NCBI RefSeq assembly: GCF_964355755.1 | Contig: NC_092676.1 | Coordinates: 16,138,871-16,202,870, forward strand | Length of the DNA stretch: 64,000 nucleotides | Reading direction: 5' to 3' | From: Antedon mediterranea | Taxonomy: Eukaryota > Animalia > Echinodermata | Shown here: positions 26,111 through 37,319 of the stretch, piece after piece | How the letters are laid out: each line of letters opens with the position of its first letter | How positions within the stretch are numbered: position 1 is the stretch's first letter | Translations under genes and position numbers: made by a program | The notes under the pieces: generated by a model | Database searches by the model: none | The model's input: the letters and a program-made list of their open reading frames with translations, nothing else | Told to the model about the DNA's origin: nothing

Positions 26111-27372
26111 GACCCTGTTTAGTATCTGTTGGAACCGTAACATGTGCAAAACGTCACATTTGTGCAAGCAACAACATTATGTGCACACAGGGCAGCTTCA
26201 TATATTTATTTTAAAATCCACTACCCACTGATTACAAATGTGATAAATGTAAATATAAAGTGATCCATTTTGAACTTAAATATACTGTCATAGAATATTA
26301 TTTCTGATAAACTTTTGTTTTTACTTGGAAATAGAATTTTGTCAAGTATAGTACTTGCTTTGTTTGTTAGCACAATAGCTACAATTTTTAAGTTATCATT
26401 TCAGAACATTGCCTATCTACTTCCACCTTCTCATTTTTCGGTGATTATTTTAACTTTAGTTTTGGTAATTATTTCTGCGTTTGACATAACGTATGGCCAT
26501 CTGATTTTTAAGATTCGTCTTTAGCATTTGAATTGAAAGATATCCAATTTCTTCTTGTCTTCCCCCTCATTGATTTTCCATTACAGATTTGACTAGTAGT
26601 CCGGTGACAAGAGCGGGGAATCACCACCCGAATAGGTACAAATTACCATCCAACTTTTCTACAGTAGACCGGAATTTAAGATAAACGATCAGGATAGGAA
26701 GCGTTTTCGAGATATAAGGGGTCAAATTTAAAAATTGACTAATTACAACAATGTATTATGCACAATTTGGTCTTTTATTACAGTTTTATGATTATAGGTG
26801 TCTATTCAATCACCTTATGAAAACAAATCCTTTGTGATTAAGGGTCAAATGTAAATATCGACCAATTATAGAACGTACCTATATATAACCAAATAAAAAC
26901 TAATATTTAACAAAAATTGAATGTTTTCTCATCCTGTCTCATCAATCATACGCAATGTAAGAGAGAGCGAATACATCATTTCATCAGTTGACATAAGGTC
27001 AATTTCACCAGTTGACATAAGGTCAAAGGTCAACATTTTGATATGTTATTTTTAGATCACAATGGTTTGATCCTTATAAATTCATGAATATGTATGATTT
27101 GTTTAAACATGTATGTGTTAATCATCGAAATCATAGTATAATTAACATAAGCGTATTGTTTGATAATTATTGTCACTGTTTTTTTGTGAAATTAATATTT
27201 ATTGCGGTTAAATAAGATCATCAGTGTTCGTCAGGTTTAATAGTAATATCTCATCGGTGGTTTCTTCGCTACAATGTACAGTACTTCGTGCGTTGCGAGT
27301 ATTGTGCTGTTCTTCCTAACGTTATTTACATAGCGTTTGGAGAAGAGCATTGGGTAACGAAGTAACTGCTAA

Positions 27373-28330
27373 AAGGTGAGAAACCTTCTTTTTCATTTTT
27401 TAATCTCTGATTCTGTAATTATGTTGAATGGTATGTTTTTCTGGTCTCCAACTTAATTTAGGCCTAAAGCGTTATAAAAAAATACAAAATATGCTTACAA
27501 GTTTCAATTACAAAATAATACTTATTTTCATAAGATACATCATTATGGAATAACAAAAATAACCCTTTAATATTTTGGAGAAACTTAAATAAGCCGAGAC
27601 GGCATTGAGGCTAGTTCTACCAGAAAAAAACAATCAAAAAGTATATAAAAATAAACATTTCAACAGTAGTCGAAAAATAAATAAATAAATAATGAAAAAA
27701 TAAATAAAGGAAAAAACAAGAATGAGTAACAGAAATTAGTAAGCTACAAGCACAACACGGTACAGAACAAAATCACATCGTTTCGAATCAATTTAGCGTG
27801 ATGCTGTTAGCCATCACTGGTACCGTTTCACCAATGATGTTGACACCAGTCTACTACGATGAGGTAGCATCTCCGACTTCAGACTAGGATGTTTTTTTTC
27901 TACTTTATAAAAAAATCCTTACTAGATACTAAAGCTTAATAACTTTACGAAATGTTTTATTTTTATAAATTACTTATTTTTAACATTACAATCATATTAT
28001 AATCTATTTTAATGATTTTATTTTGTATTTCTTACAAACCAAAACTTAACAAAGTGAAGATTAATTGTACATTATCTTAAATAACTATTCCAATTTTTTT
28101 AAATTTTACAATTTTATTGCCTAACAACAAGTATTACTCTTTATTTAAATCATTATTGTTACAATTAAAATCTATATGCCAATAACCTGTTTATTCTTTA
28201 TTTAAATCATTATTGTTACAATTAAAATCTATATGCCAATAACCTGTTTATTATTATTATTTATAATCTTTACGGTTCCGTTTTCTTCTCTTTGTGATGA
28301 TATTTTTTGCCCATTTTAACTTAGATTTAC
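27373..28330 (+). repeat. Segmental duplication block A, copy 1 (paralog 46318-47210)
   Basis: Colinear sequence from AAGGTGAGAAACCTTCTTTTTCA to TTAACTTAGATTTA in both places. Confidence 0.9.
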
Positions 28331-29038
28331 TTAAAGATGTATTGTCCCTTGAAACACAAAAAATGAAGTTAAAAATATTCTAAATTTAAATTGGCCATAT
28401 CAAAGTAATATTTAAAGTTGTTCATTTTAAGTCGAAAATTCCAGCTAAAAACAAGTTTACGTAATTAACAGTCAAATTAATTTTATTACATTTCGTCTGG
28501 AAAATCGTTGTAAGCAAAAGTAAACAAAGATTTCAAATCACAAGTATGCATTATGCATGATGCTAATTAGGATTGTTTATAACTCGTCACGGCTGAGAAG
28601 GTGTTTTCACACAGATCGCTAGGAAGTTTTATGATTATGCATACAGAGTAGCCAAACAAGCGTGTTGCATTATGAGATATGTTTTGATCAAAAACTTTGA
28701 CTGAAAGTCAAAGTTATTTTTTGTTGGCCTGACACAGCATGATGTCAGTTTCCAGTGTTCTATGGTCTACCGACAGACTACTCATTTCGCTTTTCGCCCA
28801 AATCTTCCCGACACTTGATGCTACAAATATCAGGCGTCAGAACAAGCCATGCTCGCCCAACCTCCATACGAGGTATTAAATAGCACGCACTCTGTATTCT
28901 TTTAAAATGGACATATATTCTTTGACATGGACCAACATATCAGTAGAGTGACCATAGCTATACAATCGGCACATGTAGGTTTAAGTCCTCGACCATTGTG
29001 CTGGTGGTAGTGCAAGTCTTCTCGAATAAGGACTTAAA

Positions 29039-30918
29039 CTTCTGCATAAGCCAAGGATATTTTCCTGTGGAATGGAAAAAATCAAATGTCATTCCTCTGC
29101 ATAAAAAAGGCAATAAATCCCTTATTGAGAACTACCGCCCTATATCCATACTTTCCAACTTTGCAAAAATTTTTGAGCGTGCAGTTTTTGATGTAGTATA
29201 TAAATACTTTGTGGATAATAAACTTCTTACTCAATTCCAATCTGGTTTTACACCAGGTGACTCGACAACGTATCAACTTCTTTATCTTATAGATACATTT
29301 AATAGAGCTTTAGATTTAAGGAAAGAAGTAATCTCGGTATTTTTGGATATTTCCAAAGCCTTCGATAAAGTTTGGCATAATGGGATTATATACAAATTAA
29401 ATCAATATGGAATTAATGGCACTCTTCTAAAATGGTTCCAAAGTTACTTAAACTGACGTGAGCAACGTGTTATTATTGAAGGAACTACCAGTCCTTGGGT
29501 GACCATTACAGCAGGAGTACCCCAAGGATCTGTTTTGGGTCCATTTTTATTTATTGTATTCATAAATGATATGGTTGATAATATCAAATTTACTATTAGT
29601 TTGTATGCAGATGATACTTCGTTATATGATATTTGTACAGATCGTAATATTTCAGAACAAAAATTAAATGGTGATCTTAATGTCATTTATAATTGGGCAA
29701 AAAAATGGAAAGTAACATTCAATGCTAACAAAACGAAAGCTATACTGTTTACACGTAAACATTTAGATAACTATGTTAGTTTAAATTTCAATAATGTAAA
29801 TCTACAATTTGTAAATGATCATAGGCATCTTGGTGTAATGCTTAATGCAAAACTCAAGTGGGATTCCCATATCCAATCTGTAATTAACAAAGCGTCTTTA
29901 TCTTTAAATATGCTACGTCGTGTCAAACATATTCTACCTCGACAGGCTCTCTGTCACATTTACATATCACACGTTAGACCATTAATGGAATATGCAGCTC
30001 CTGTTTGGTGTAATATTCCAGATAAATTAAGTGATGAACTAGAAAATATCCAGATTTCTGCAGGTAGAATATGTACTGGCGCGTGGAAACATACAAGTCA
30101 TAATGCATTAAGACAAGAATTAGGCTGGTTATCATTGGAAAAACGTAGACAATTTCTTAACCTAATACTGTTTTTTAAAATTATTCATAAGTTAACACCA
30201 GTGTATCTTTACTCCTTATTTAATTTTTCTGACAATATTGAAGTTTATAACTTGCGTAACATCCGAAATATAATAATTCCATTTTGTAAGACCACATCAT
30301 ATCGTTTATCTTTGTCCCATCTATTATAACACATTGGAATGAGTTAAATAATGAAATAAAAAATTCGTCATTTCTTGTTGAGTTTAAAAAATTGCTACTG
30401 AAATCCAATTTGTTTGAAACAAAAAAACGATCTTATTATGATACAGGTGATAAGAAGATTAACCAAATTCACACTAGAATCCGACTTGGTTTCAGCTGTC
30501 TCAATTCACATTTATTCTTACATGGACTTCGGGACAATCCAAATTGTACTTGTGGCTTTAATGTTGAGAATCCGCTTCATTTCTTATGTTACTGCCCTAA
30601 TTATAATACACAAAGAGATATTCTACTTGTAAGCGCTAACTCAATTATTGAGGATATCTTAGCCAAGGATTTTTCTTTAACATTTAATTTTACATTTTTA
30701 AGTGAAATTTTTATTTTTGGTTCCGATCTTCTTTCGAATTGTGAAAATGCTTTATTATTTTATTATGTACAACAATTTCTTGTTAATTCTGGAAGATTTA
30801 ATTGATGTTTCTGTTAGTTTTTTTAAAATGTTGTATTTGTTAATCTGAGGCGCCTTGAAGCTAAGATGGTTCCATCTTGTAAGGCGCCTCTGTGTAATAT
30901 ACTGAATAAAAAAAAAAA
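29039..30918 (+). mobile_element. 5'-truncated CR1/L2-group LINE (RT plus C-terminal Zn-binding motif), defective
   Basis: YRPISIL, FLDISKAFDKV, GVPQGSVLGP, YADDT and CTCG..E...HF...CP.Y motifs. Stop at 29454 and a frameshift near 30310. AATAAA, poly(A) and TSD AATAAGGACTTAAA (29025-29038, 30919-30932). Confidence 0.95.
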
Positions 30919-31206
30919 AATAAGGACTTAAAACTGGAGGTCCAGTGTACACATCATAGCTCGTGTGCACTTTAAACAACCAATCTGGGTGTCTTTAAAG
31001 TGGGTTTGAAATGATTGAAATGAAATTGTTTAAAACTGTTCGTTGTTCGTTGTAATAGGTATATATTACAGAACATGCCTATTGGAATTCGGTTATTAAT
31101 AACTTCACAAATAAAACAAGAAACTTATCTGTATCTTTCGTTCAAGATATTCAATAGCACGCCCTCTGCATTCTTTCAACATGGACATAATGTTTTAGTC
31201 GGAATG

Positions 31207-31332
31207 TTTTAGTCGCGTGCAAACGCGACTAGACAGCTCACTATGTCGGTCGGTTGGTCGGTCAGTCGGTTGGTCGGTAAACACTAACTCAAATTTGAGC
31301 ACGCGACTGCATCCATGTATATGGCCTTGTTT
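31207..31332 (+). mobile_element. Complete HINE/DINE-1-like (Helentron-associated) element
   Basis: T-run start, subterminal inverted repeats AGTCGCGTGC / GCACGCGACT, internal partial inverted repeat ACGCGACT, (GGTC/GGTT)n microsatellite, 3' stem-loop CCATGTATATGG, and a TTGTTT end. Confidence 0.72.
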
Positions 31333-31717
31333 GACATGAATCCTTATATTTCCTCTTAGTAATAATTGTAAATAAAATGTAGAAATCTAATAAACGCAGC
31401 TCTTGTTTGGTGTCATAAAACAAGTAAGATAAGTATCCATCGATACCATTACATCAATAATTAGCACACTAGAATGTACCATCTCATGCTGAGATTTAAT
31501 GATTTGAAGATTTGCACATAATTTTATAGACTTTGTTTACACATTTACGTCAAAATAGGTAATTTTCACATTTACCCGCGTTGTGTTTGGGCATTAGTTA
31601 GCGATGAATGTTTATTGTTATCCTCTCGCTATAGTATTTTGTGTGGGGGTTCGTGTGTGTGTGTGTGGGAGGGGGGGGGGGGGGAGTGGGGCGGGATTGC
31701 GTTTTGTTTTGTTGAAA

Positions 31718-31765
31718 TTGTGTATATACCAAACAGAAGCACATCCTAAAGAACTATGGAACTTG
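31718..31765 (+). pseudogene. 48-nt exact copy of DI-like exon 4 (LCIYQTEAHPKELWNL)
   Basis: Identical to 24453-24500. Confidence 0.92.
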
Positions 31766-31780
31766 ACATCTGTACTTCCT

Positions 31781-32178
31781 AGTGGTTTGATTGTGACTTT
31801 CCGAAAGTCATTTTTTTTCAGTGAATCAATTGAATGTTTGTTTCTGATGAAGTTAATTTGTCTACAGCCATTCTTTTTGATCTCTTCAGAATTATTAATT
31901 GTATCCATCATTTTATTTAATACAATCTTGCCTGATTTCATAGCAGTTGCTGGCTCACTTGTTAATAACTTCTTTAGGAAACTCAAGTTTGTATTTAATT
32001 CAGAATTTATTGTTCTTAAAGTTTTCATTTGTACGTCATTAACTTTCTTTGCATTCTTATAAATCATTTCAAATTTTTTCTTCATTTCATCTGCTTTTTT
32101 TTCTGGATTATTTTTACCATTTCTTTAACTTGGTTATCAATATCTCTGAGGCTTGAATCTTTGTTTTCTTCCAGTTTG
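31781..32178 (-). pseudogene. TRIM paralog fragment (coiled-coil region only)
   Basis: KKVNDVQ..ELNTN..SEPATAMKS..IVLNKMMD.IN.SEEIK matches ~33610-34010 of the intact TRIM. RING and NHL parts are absent. Confidence 0.88.
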
Positions 32179-32559
32179 TTAACATGATTTTTTTTCTACA
32201 TTTTACAGTATACAGTAGGTGACAAAGGCCTGCGTTGTGTTTTCTCATAAGATATTCTCACTTGTCACCTAGCAGCGTTAATAGATAGAAGAAGTTACTG
32301 ATCACATTAGGCAAGGTGTTTTATAGAAAAAAATAGAATTTATTTCTAAATTGTTGCTAAATTAAACTAATATGTACACATTGTCTTAGTTGTATTTTCC
32401 ATTAATTATGAATTACATGCAATATACAAAAAAAAATATGTAATGATAATTAAAGGATAAATACATTTTAATAATTTTAATTTATGCTTAAACAAATTTT
32501 AATGGAAATATTATATCCATGTAATTTATATACATCGAAACAGTTGTTTGTTCAATTAT

Positions 32560-32626
32560 AATAATTAAACATTTTGTTGGTGCTGTCACCGTAATTTGCT
32601 ACATCAACCATACATGGGTTATATGA
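32560..32626 (-). pseudogene. Short TRIM C-terminal (last NHL blade) remnant
   Basis: Resembles 32850-32916 (NPCMV.VAN.GDS..KM). Confidence 0.65.
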
Positions 32627-32852
32627 AAAATATGTAATGTAATAAATATACACATTGAATGATTAGATTAAGCATTGAAATACTAAAGATATTATTTATA
32701 TTTTTTTATTCATTATGAATTAGGCAAAAATGGATCACATTTAAATATGTACAAAATGTATAATTTGATTTAATAATTTGAATATTTCAATTTATATAGG
32801 AAATATTTTAATTAATTTATATACATGGGGAAGAGTAGTCTTGCTTTTAATA

Positions 32853-34541
32853 TTAACACATTTTGATTCTGCTGTCACCCAGATTTGCTACAGCCACCAT
32901 ACATGGGTTATGAGAAATGATACATAACTGCTGTGGTAAACTAATTCTATCTTCTTTTTTATCAATTCTTTTGATAAAATGTCCATCACTAGTAAAGTGT
33001 TGTATTTTGTCTTTGCTTGCTATGATGATGTTATCATCCTCATCAACTACAACTCCCCATGGGTACATCACCTTACCATCTTCATATCCTTTATTGATGA
33101 GTAGTTTCACTGACTTGTCCTTGTCATCATACAATAATACTTGATGCTGTCCTGCATCTGCTATAAGTACTTTACCAGTTTTTGTAAGTGCAACATCAGA
33201 GTATCCACGTTCTTTCTTCTGTGTTCCTATCCGCTTCAACAGCTGACCATAATGTATGTCAAACACGTACACACATGTAATGTTCCAATCTGCTACATAT
33301 ATAACATTAGTTGCCTCATCTATGTGAATACCACATGGATATTTCAATACACCCTTACCAATGGATTTGATCACATGACCATTCCTATCACATACTTGAA
33401 TGCATTTATTACTGTCATCAATGAATGCTATGTTGCCATTCTTCATTCTGCATATTCTGTTAACTTTCACACCCTTTGGTAGTGTAATCTTGCTTATACA
33501 TTCTCCTGATTGTTTGTATTTGTGAATTTCATTTGTGCGAAATGAAACCAGCAAGCAATCATCATCACACTTTGCTACTCCTGTAGGCTCAACCTCTACT
33601 TTGATAGGAAGTGGTTTGAATACAACATTTCCAATGTCAGTTTCTTTCAATAAATCAATTGAATGTTGGTTTCTGATAAACTGAATTTGTCTAGATGTAC
33701 TGACTTGTTTGATTTCTTCAGATTTATTAATTTCATCCATCATTTTATTTAATACAATCTCACTTGATTTCATAGCAGTTGCTGGCTCACTCTTTAGAAA
33801 CTGATTTAAGGAAATCATATTTGTGTTTAATTCAGCGTAGATTTTTGTTAATTTTGTAATTTGTACGTCATTAACTTTCTTTTCATTTTCATACTTTGCT
33901 TCAACTTTTTTCTTCATTTCATCTGCTTTTTTCTGGATTATTAAAAACATTTCTTGAGCTTGGTTATCAATATCTGTGAGACTTGCAACTTTACTTTCTT
34001 CTAGTTCTTTAGCATTCTTTGTGACTACTTTGAGTACATTTTCTATTTTTTGTATCGATTCATTGGCAGCTTTCTTTAAGTTTTCTGATGTTTCCTTAAA
34101 CGTATTAAATGCTGTAACAATGTTAGTTAGTTCATGTTTTCCATCCCCAGCAATGTGCTCCAATTCAGTGCATTCTATGCATATTGGTACTTTACATTTG
34201 GTACAATACATTTTCAATGGTTGAGCATGAGAGGCGCACAGAGAGGCAGTGCCTTTAATCTTCCTTTTCTGTTCGTGTTGTTTTATGGTTTCCAAGAGGT
34301 TGTTAAGAAAGGTATTTGGGGCAAGTTTTTGAAGCCCTCCTACTGGAATGGGATACTCTTTGCGACAAATAGGGCATGTTAGCGTGCCATGATTGGTTCG
34401 AACCCAATTATTCAAACACTTCAGGCAGAAACTATGAAGGCAGTAAAGTGATTTTGGGTCTTGTAGTCTTCCATTACAGATAGAACATTCTAGTACTTTA
34501 TCATCTATATCCCCAAGTAAACTAATGTCGTTGCTAGCCAT
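32853..34541 (-). CDS. TRIM-NHL E3 ligase-like protein (RING, B-box, coiled coil, NHL beta-propeller), 562 aa, single coding exon
   Basis: RING CSIC..CLHSFCLKC..CPIC, B-box CASH..YCTKCKVPICIECTELEH, coiled coil, and NHL repeats (YPCGIHID, YPWGVVVD). An AG acceptor just before the ATG suggests a 5'-UTR intron. Confidence 0.92.
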   Translation of the reverse strand: MASNDISLLGDIDDKVLECSICNGRLQDPKSLYCLHSFCLKCLNNWVRTNHGTLTCPICRKEYPIPVGGLQKLAPNTFLNNLLETIKQHEQKRKIKGTASLCASHAQPLKMYCTKCKVPICIECTELEHIAGDGKHELTNIVTAFNTFKETSENLKKAANESIQKIENVLKVVTKNAKELEESKVASLTDIDNQAQEMFLIIQKKADEMKKKVEAKYENEKKVNDVQITKLTKIYAELNTNMISLNQFLKSEPATAMKSSEIVLNKMMDEINKSEEIKQVSTSRQIQFIRNQHSIDLLKETDIGNVVFKPLPIKVEVEPTGVAKCDDDCLLVSFRTNEIHKYKQSGECISKITLPKGVKVNRICRMKNGNIAFIDDSNKCIQVCDRNGHVIKSIGKGVLKYPCGIHIDEATNVIYVADWNITCVYVFDIHYGQLLKRIGTQKKERGYSDVALTKTGKVLIADAGQHQVLLYDDKDKSVKLLINKGYEDGKVMYPWGVVVDEDDNIIIASKDKIQHFTSDGHFIKRIDKKEDRISLPQQLCIISHNPCMVAVANLGDSRIKMC

Positions 34542-35759
34542 CCTGCAATATTAATTTGTAATCAACATAAATTATTTAATCTAACATAGTAATAATGATG
34601 GTAATGGTTTTAGCTATACAAACAAACAATATTTGCTAAGAATAACTACAGTCTATTCTTTATTGTTGATATTCAGGTCAAATTTCCAATATTAAATTCA
34701 TCTACATTCTTATAAATTATTTCTTTTAATGAAGTTAGATTGGATTTGAACCCTTTGAAATAGTCCAACACAAAGTTGCTTAACATATAAATTATAATTT
34801 GAAACTGCCAAAGACCTATATTATTGTAAATAATAAATATTAAAAAAGTCACCTTTTGATAAATGGTTGTACTTAAGCTTCTTATTACGTGCTGACGTGG
34901 TTATGGAAATGTAAGAAAGATTCCAATAGGTGCTGATGTCGTTAATCATTGGACCTGTTATTTAGTATTCGGTTAAAAAAAGTTAAAATTTAATCTCTAC
35001 ATTGAAATTGTATTTGCTATAAGACAATTTGTCTTAAAATCACTGATTTATCTATTCAATGTTTACCAGACCTAGTATAGGCTCATTACAGAGGCAGCAG
35101 GGTTTTTCCAACCATTTATTCTTTTTTGACCCTTTACGATGTCCTTCCTAGCCACACCCATCAACTTTAGGCGCCAGCCTATCATTTCCATACATTAATA
35201 TTAATACGGGTGTAGATAATTTCCACAGGAATAAAATTGGTTAACTTTCCAGCTAGGCTGACCCCTCTGGGCTCCTGACAATGAAATTTATCGCATGACT
35301 GTCCAATTGATATACATTAAAAGATCATTATACAACTACCATCTTGTCTTCATCTTCCTATCTATAATATGCGGAACATCATTTGAATATAGACCTAGGC
35401 CTAGTCACATACACTAATCACTAATATATAATCAAACATCGTATACTCTATCCGTATACTATCTAACCAATATTAAACAATCTTTCTATCGACTAAAGCC
35501 GAAGTACAGTAAGTATCTCGGGACCATTCTATATAATCACCACCAGGAGGTAGGCTTACTTTATCAAGGCTTCTATGAATGGATGACTATAGTTGGGAGC
35601 AGGAACGTTAGAAACCCAGTACCGTTTTACGATCATTCGGGAATTCCCTCACGATATATTCAAACGTTGAGAGCGCTCTACTTCATGGAGAGATTTTTTT
35701 TTTTGCATGTCCGTATTTTGATTTCACACTTGTTTTTTAAGATGTTATACGTGTGAATA

Positions 35760-37319
35760 CAACTTACAGAGATCTTTTTTTTGCATTTAAATATGTTGCT
35801 GTATGTTTATTATCTATAATGTTTGCCTATTGTTTATTATCTAATGTATCAATAAATTACAAAAGATATATATTTTCCTTTAGTCATTTATAAGCCTATT
35901 TAAACTTTTACATTTTCCCCATTGTGTACTGCTGCTATTGCTGTTTTACTTATTCGCCAGTTTCTAAATGTTTTTCTAAAGTATTCATAATGGACAAATA
36001 ATATATCAGTATCAGTATATTTAGTGTGGTCGGTGAAGAGACAGTACTATGTAAAGAAAAATGTAATAAGTAAAATAAATATTTCTAACCAATTATGAAC
36101 CACTAAACAAAAAAATCCTGCCGCAACGTATCGTAGATGCAACATAAGAAAATACTCTTCTATCTATTTTGCATCCCCTCTTACGATCGATAATCAATGA
36201 CGAACGTAAAACAGAAACGGTGTTGAACACGTAAGGCTCGCCCAACACAAGATGTTAAAAACATCTTTCAGGGCTTTTGCCTTCATTTTTTGATATACTT
36301 TATAATTCTGTACAATCCTGTTTCTTGTTTTCCTACTGTATGTATTCAGATTCTGTAAATAAATGTCTATTGAATTGAATTGAATTGAATTGAGTTCCTT
36401 ATTGTGATGACACGTTCTTACGGCGCACTTTGCGTCGATCTGAAAACCAATTTCAGCTCTTAAAATATTTCCTGGAACAAATTTGACAGTTCGTCCCAAT
36501 AGCTTACCATGAACTAACGGAGCTTTACGTTATATCTTTTTATTGTCAAAATAAAAAATAATGGGCCTACTGTATAAAAATTATGATTTGACAAAGGGCT
36601 AAATAGAACGATAGGCATCTGCGTATTCTGCAAATGTTGCTCGATCGTTAATGTATATATAAATTTACGTAAGGGCAAAATTCGGTAAATCGCGCCTTAC
36701 TTCTAGAATTTTTACTCGATGGTATATAAAGTTGGTTCGTACTTTCGGTACTGATTTAAACCACCTGATGTAACCCTGTTTACTAATTAAATTAAGTTAG
36801 ATAATTAGTTATTGACGATTAAAACGAATTTAGGTTCAACGATTTGCCCCAAATAGGGGTGTTTTATGATCGTGGTATACACTGTCTAATGGATGTCCAT
36901 CTTGAAAAATACCCGCCACAAAAATGCGAGGAGGCTTCGCATTTTCCTATCTCCTCCTACGATAATTGTTTTTAATAGCTGAAAACCGGTTGAACAGCTA
37001 GAGTACATCATAATGTTGAAGACAGGCCGATTTTCTTAAAAAAATACTACGTTGATAGATTTAATATATGATTATACAAATGTATTGATTTGCGATGAAT
37101 GGAACATACCAATCTCTCAGTCTGCCAGAGTTTGGTTTAACACAAGTAGGTAAATTTATGCCACACGGTGCCGTAGCGAGGTGTTCAACACCGTTTCTGC
37201 TTTACGTTCGTCATTGTATCGATCGTAAGAGGGGATGCAAAATAGATTAGATAAAAGGCAAATATTATAGATAATAAACATAGCAAAATACTTCAATGAA
37301 AAAAAAGGATCTCTGTAAG
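35760..37319. repeat. Degenerate foldback/MITE-like inverted repeat
   Basis: 35763-35830 is inverted to 37252-37319, and 36159-36230 is inverted to 37181-37251. Confidence 0.6.

Larger units (their letters stand above)
28784..31710 (+). repeat. Segmental duplication block B, copy 1, interrupted by a LINE (paralog 51850-53146); includes a SINE-like segment
   Basis: 28784-29038 plus 30919-31710 align with 51850-53146. The SINE-like part has a B-box-like GGTTCAAGTCC in the paralog (52051). Confidence 0.88.

Noticed and set aside
27020-27032. Perfect DR1 nuclear-receptor site AGGTCAAAGGTCA near the deiodinase-like gene
   Set aside because: It lies in a GGTCAA-rich, repeat-like stretch downstream of the gene, and a single motif gives no evidence of function.
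29454-29456. In-frame TGA in the LINE RT as Sec or readthrough
   Set aside because: There is no redox motif or SECIS, and the element has other disabling mutations.
35070-35660. Possible RNase H-bearing LINE remnant on the minus strand
   Set aside because: Only a faint GND.LA-like motif is visible; too degraded to call without a search.
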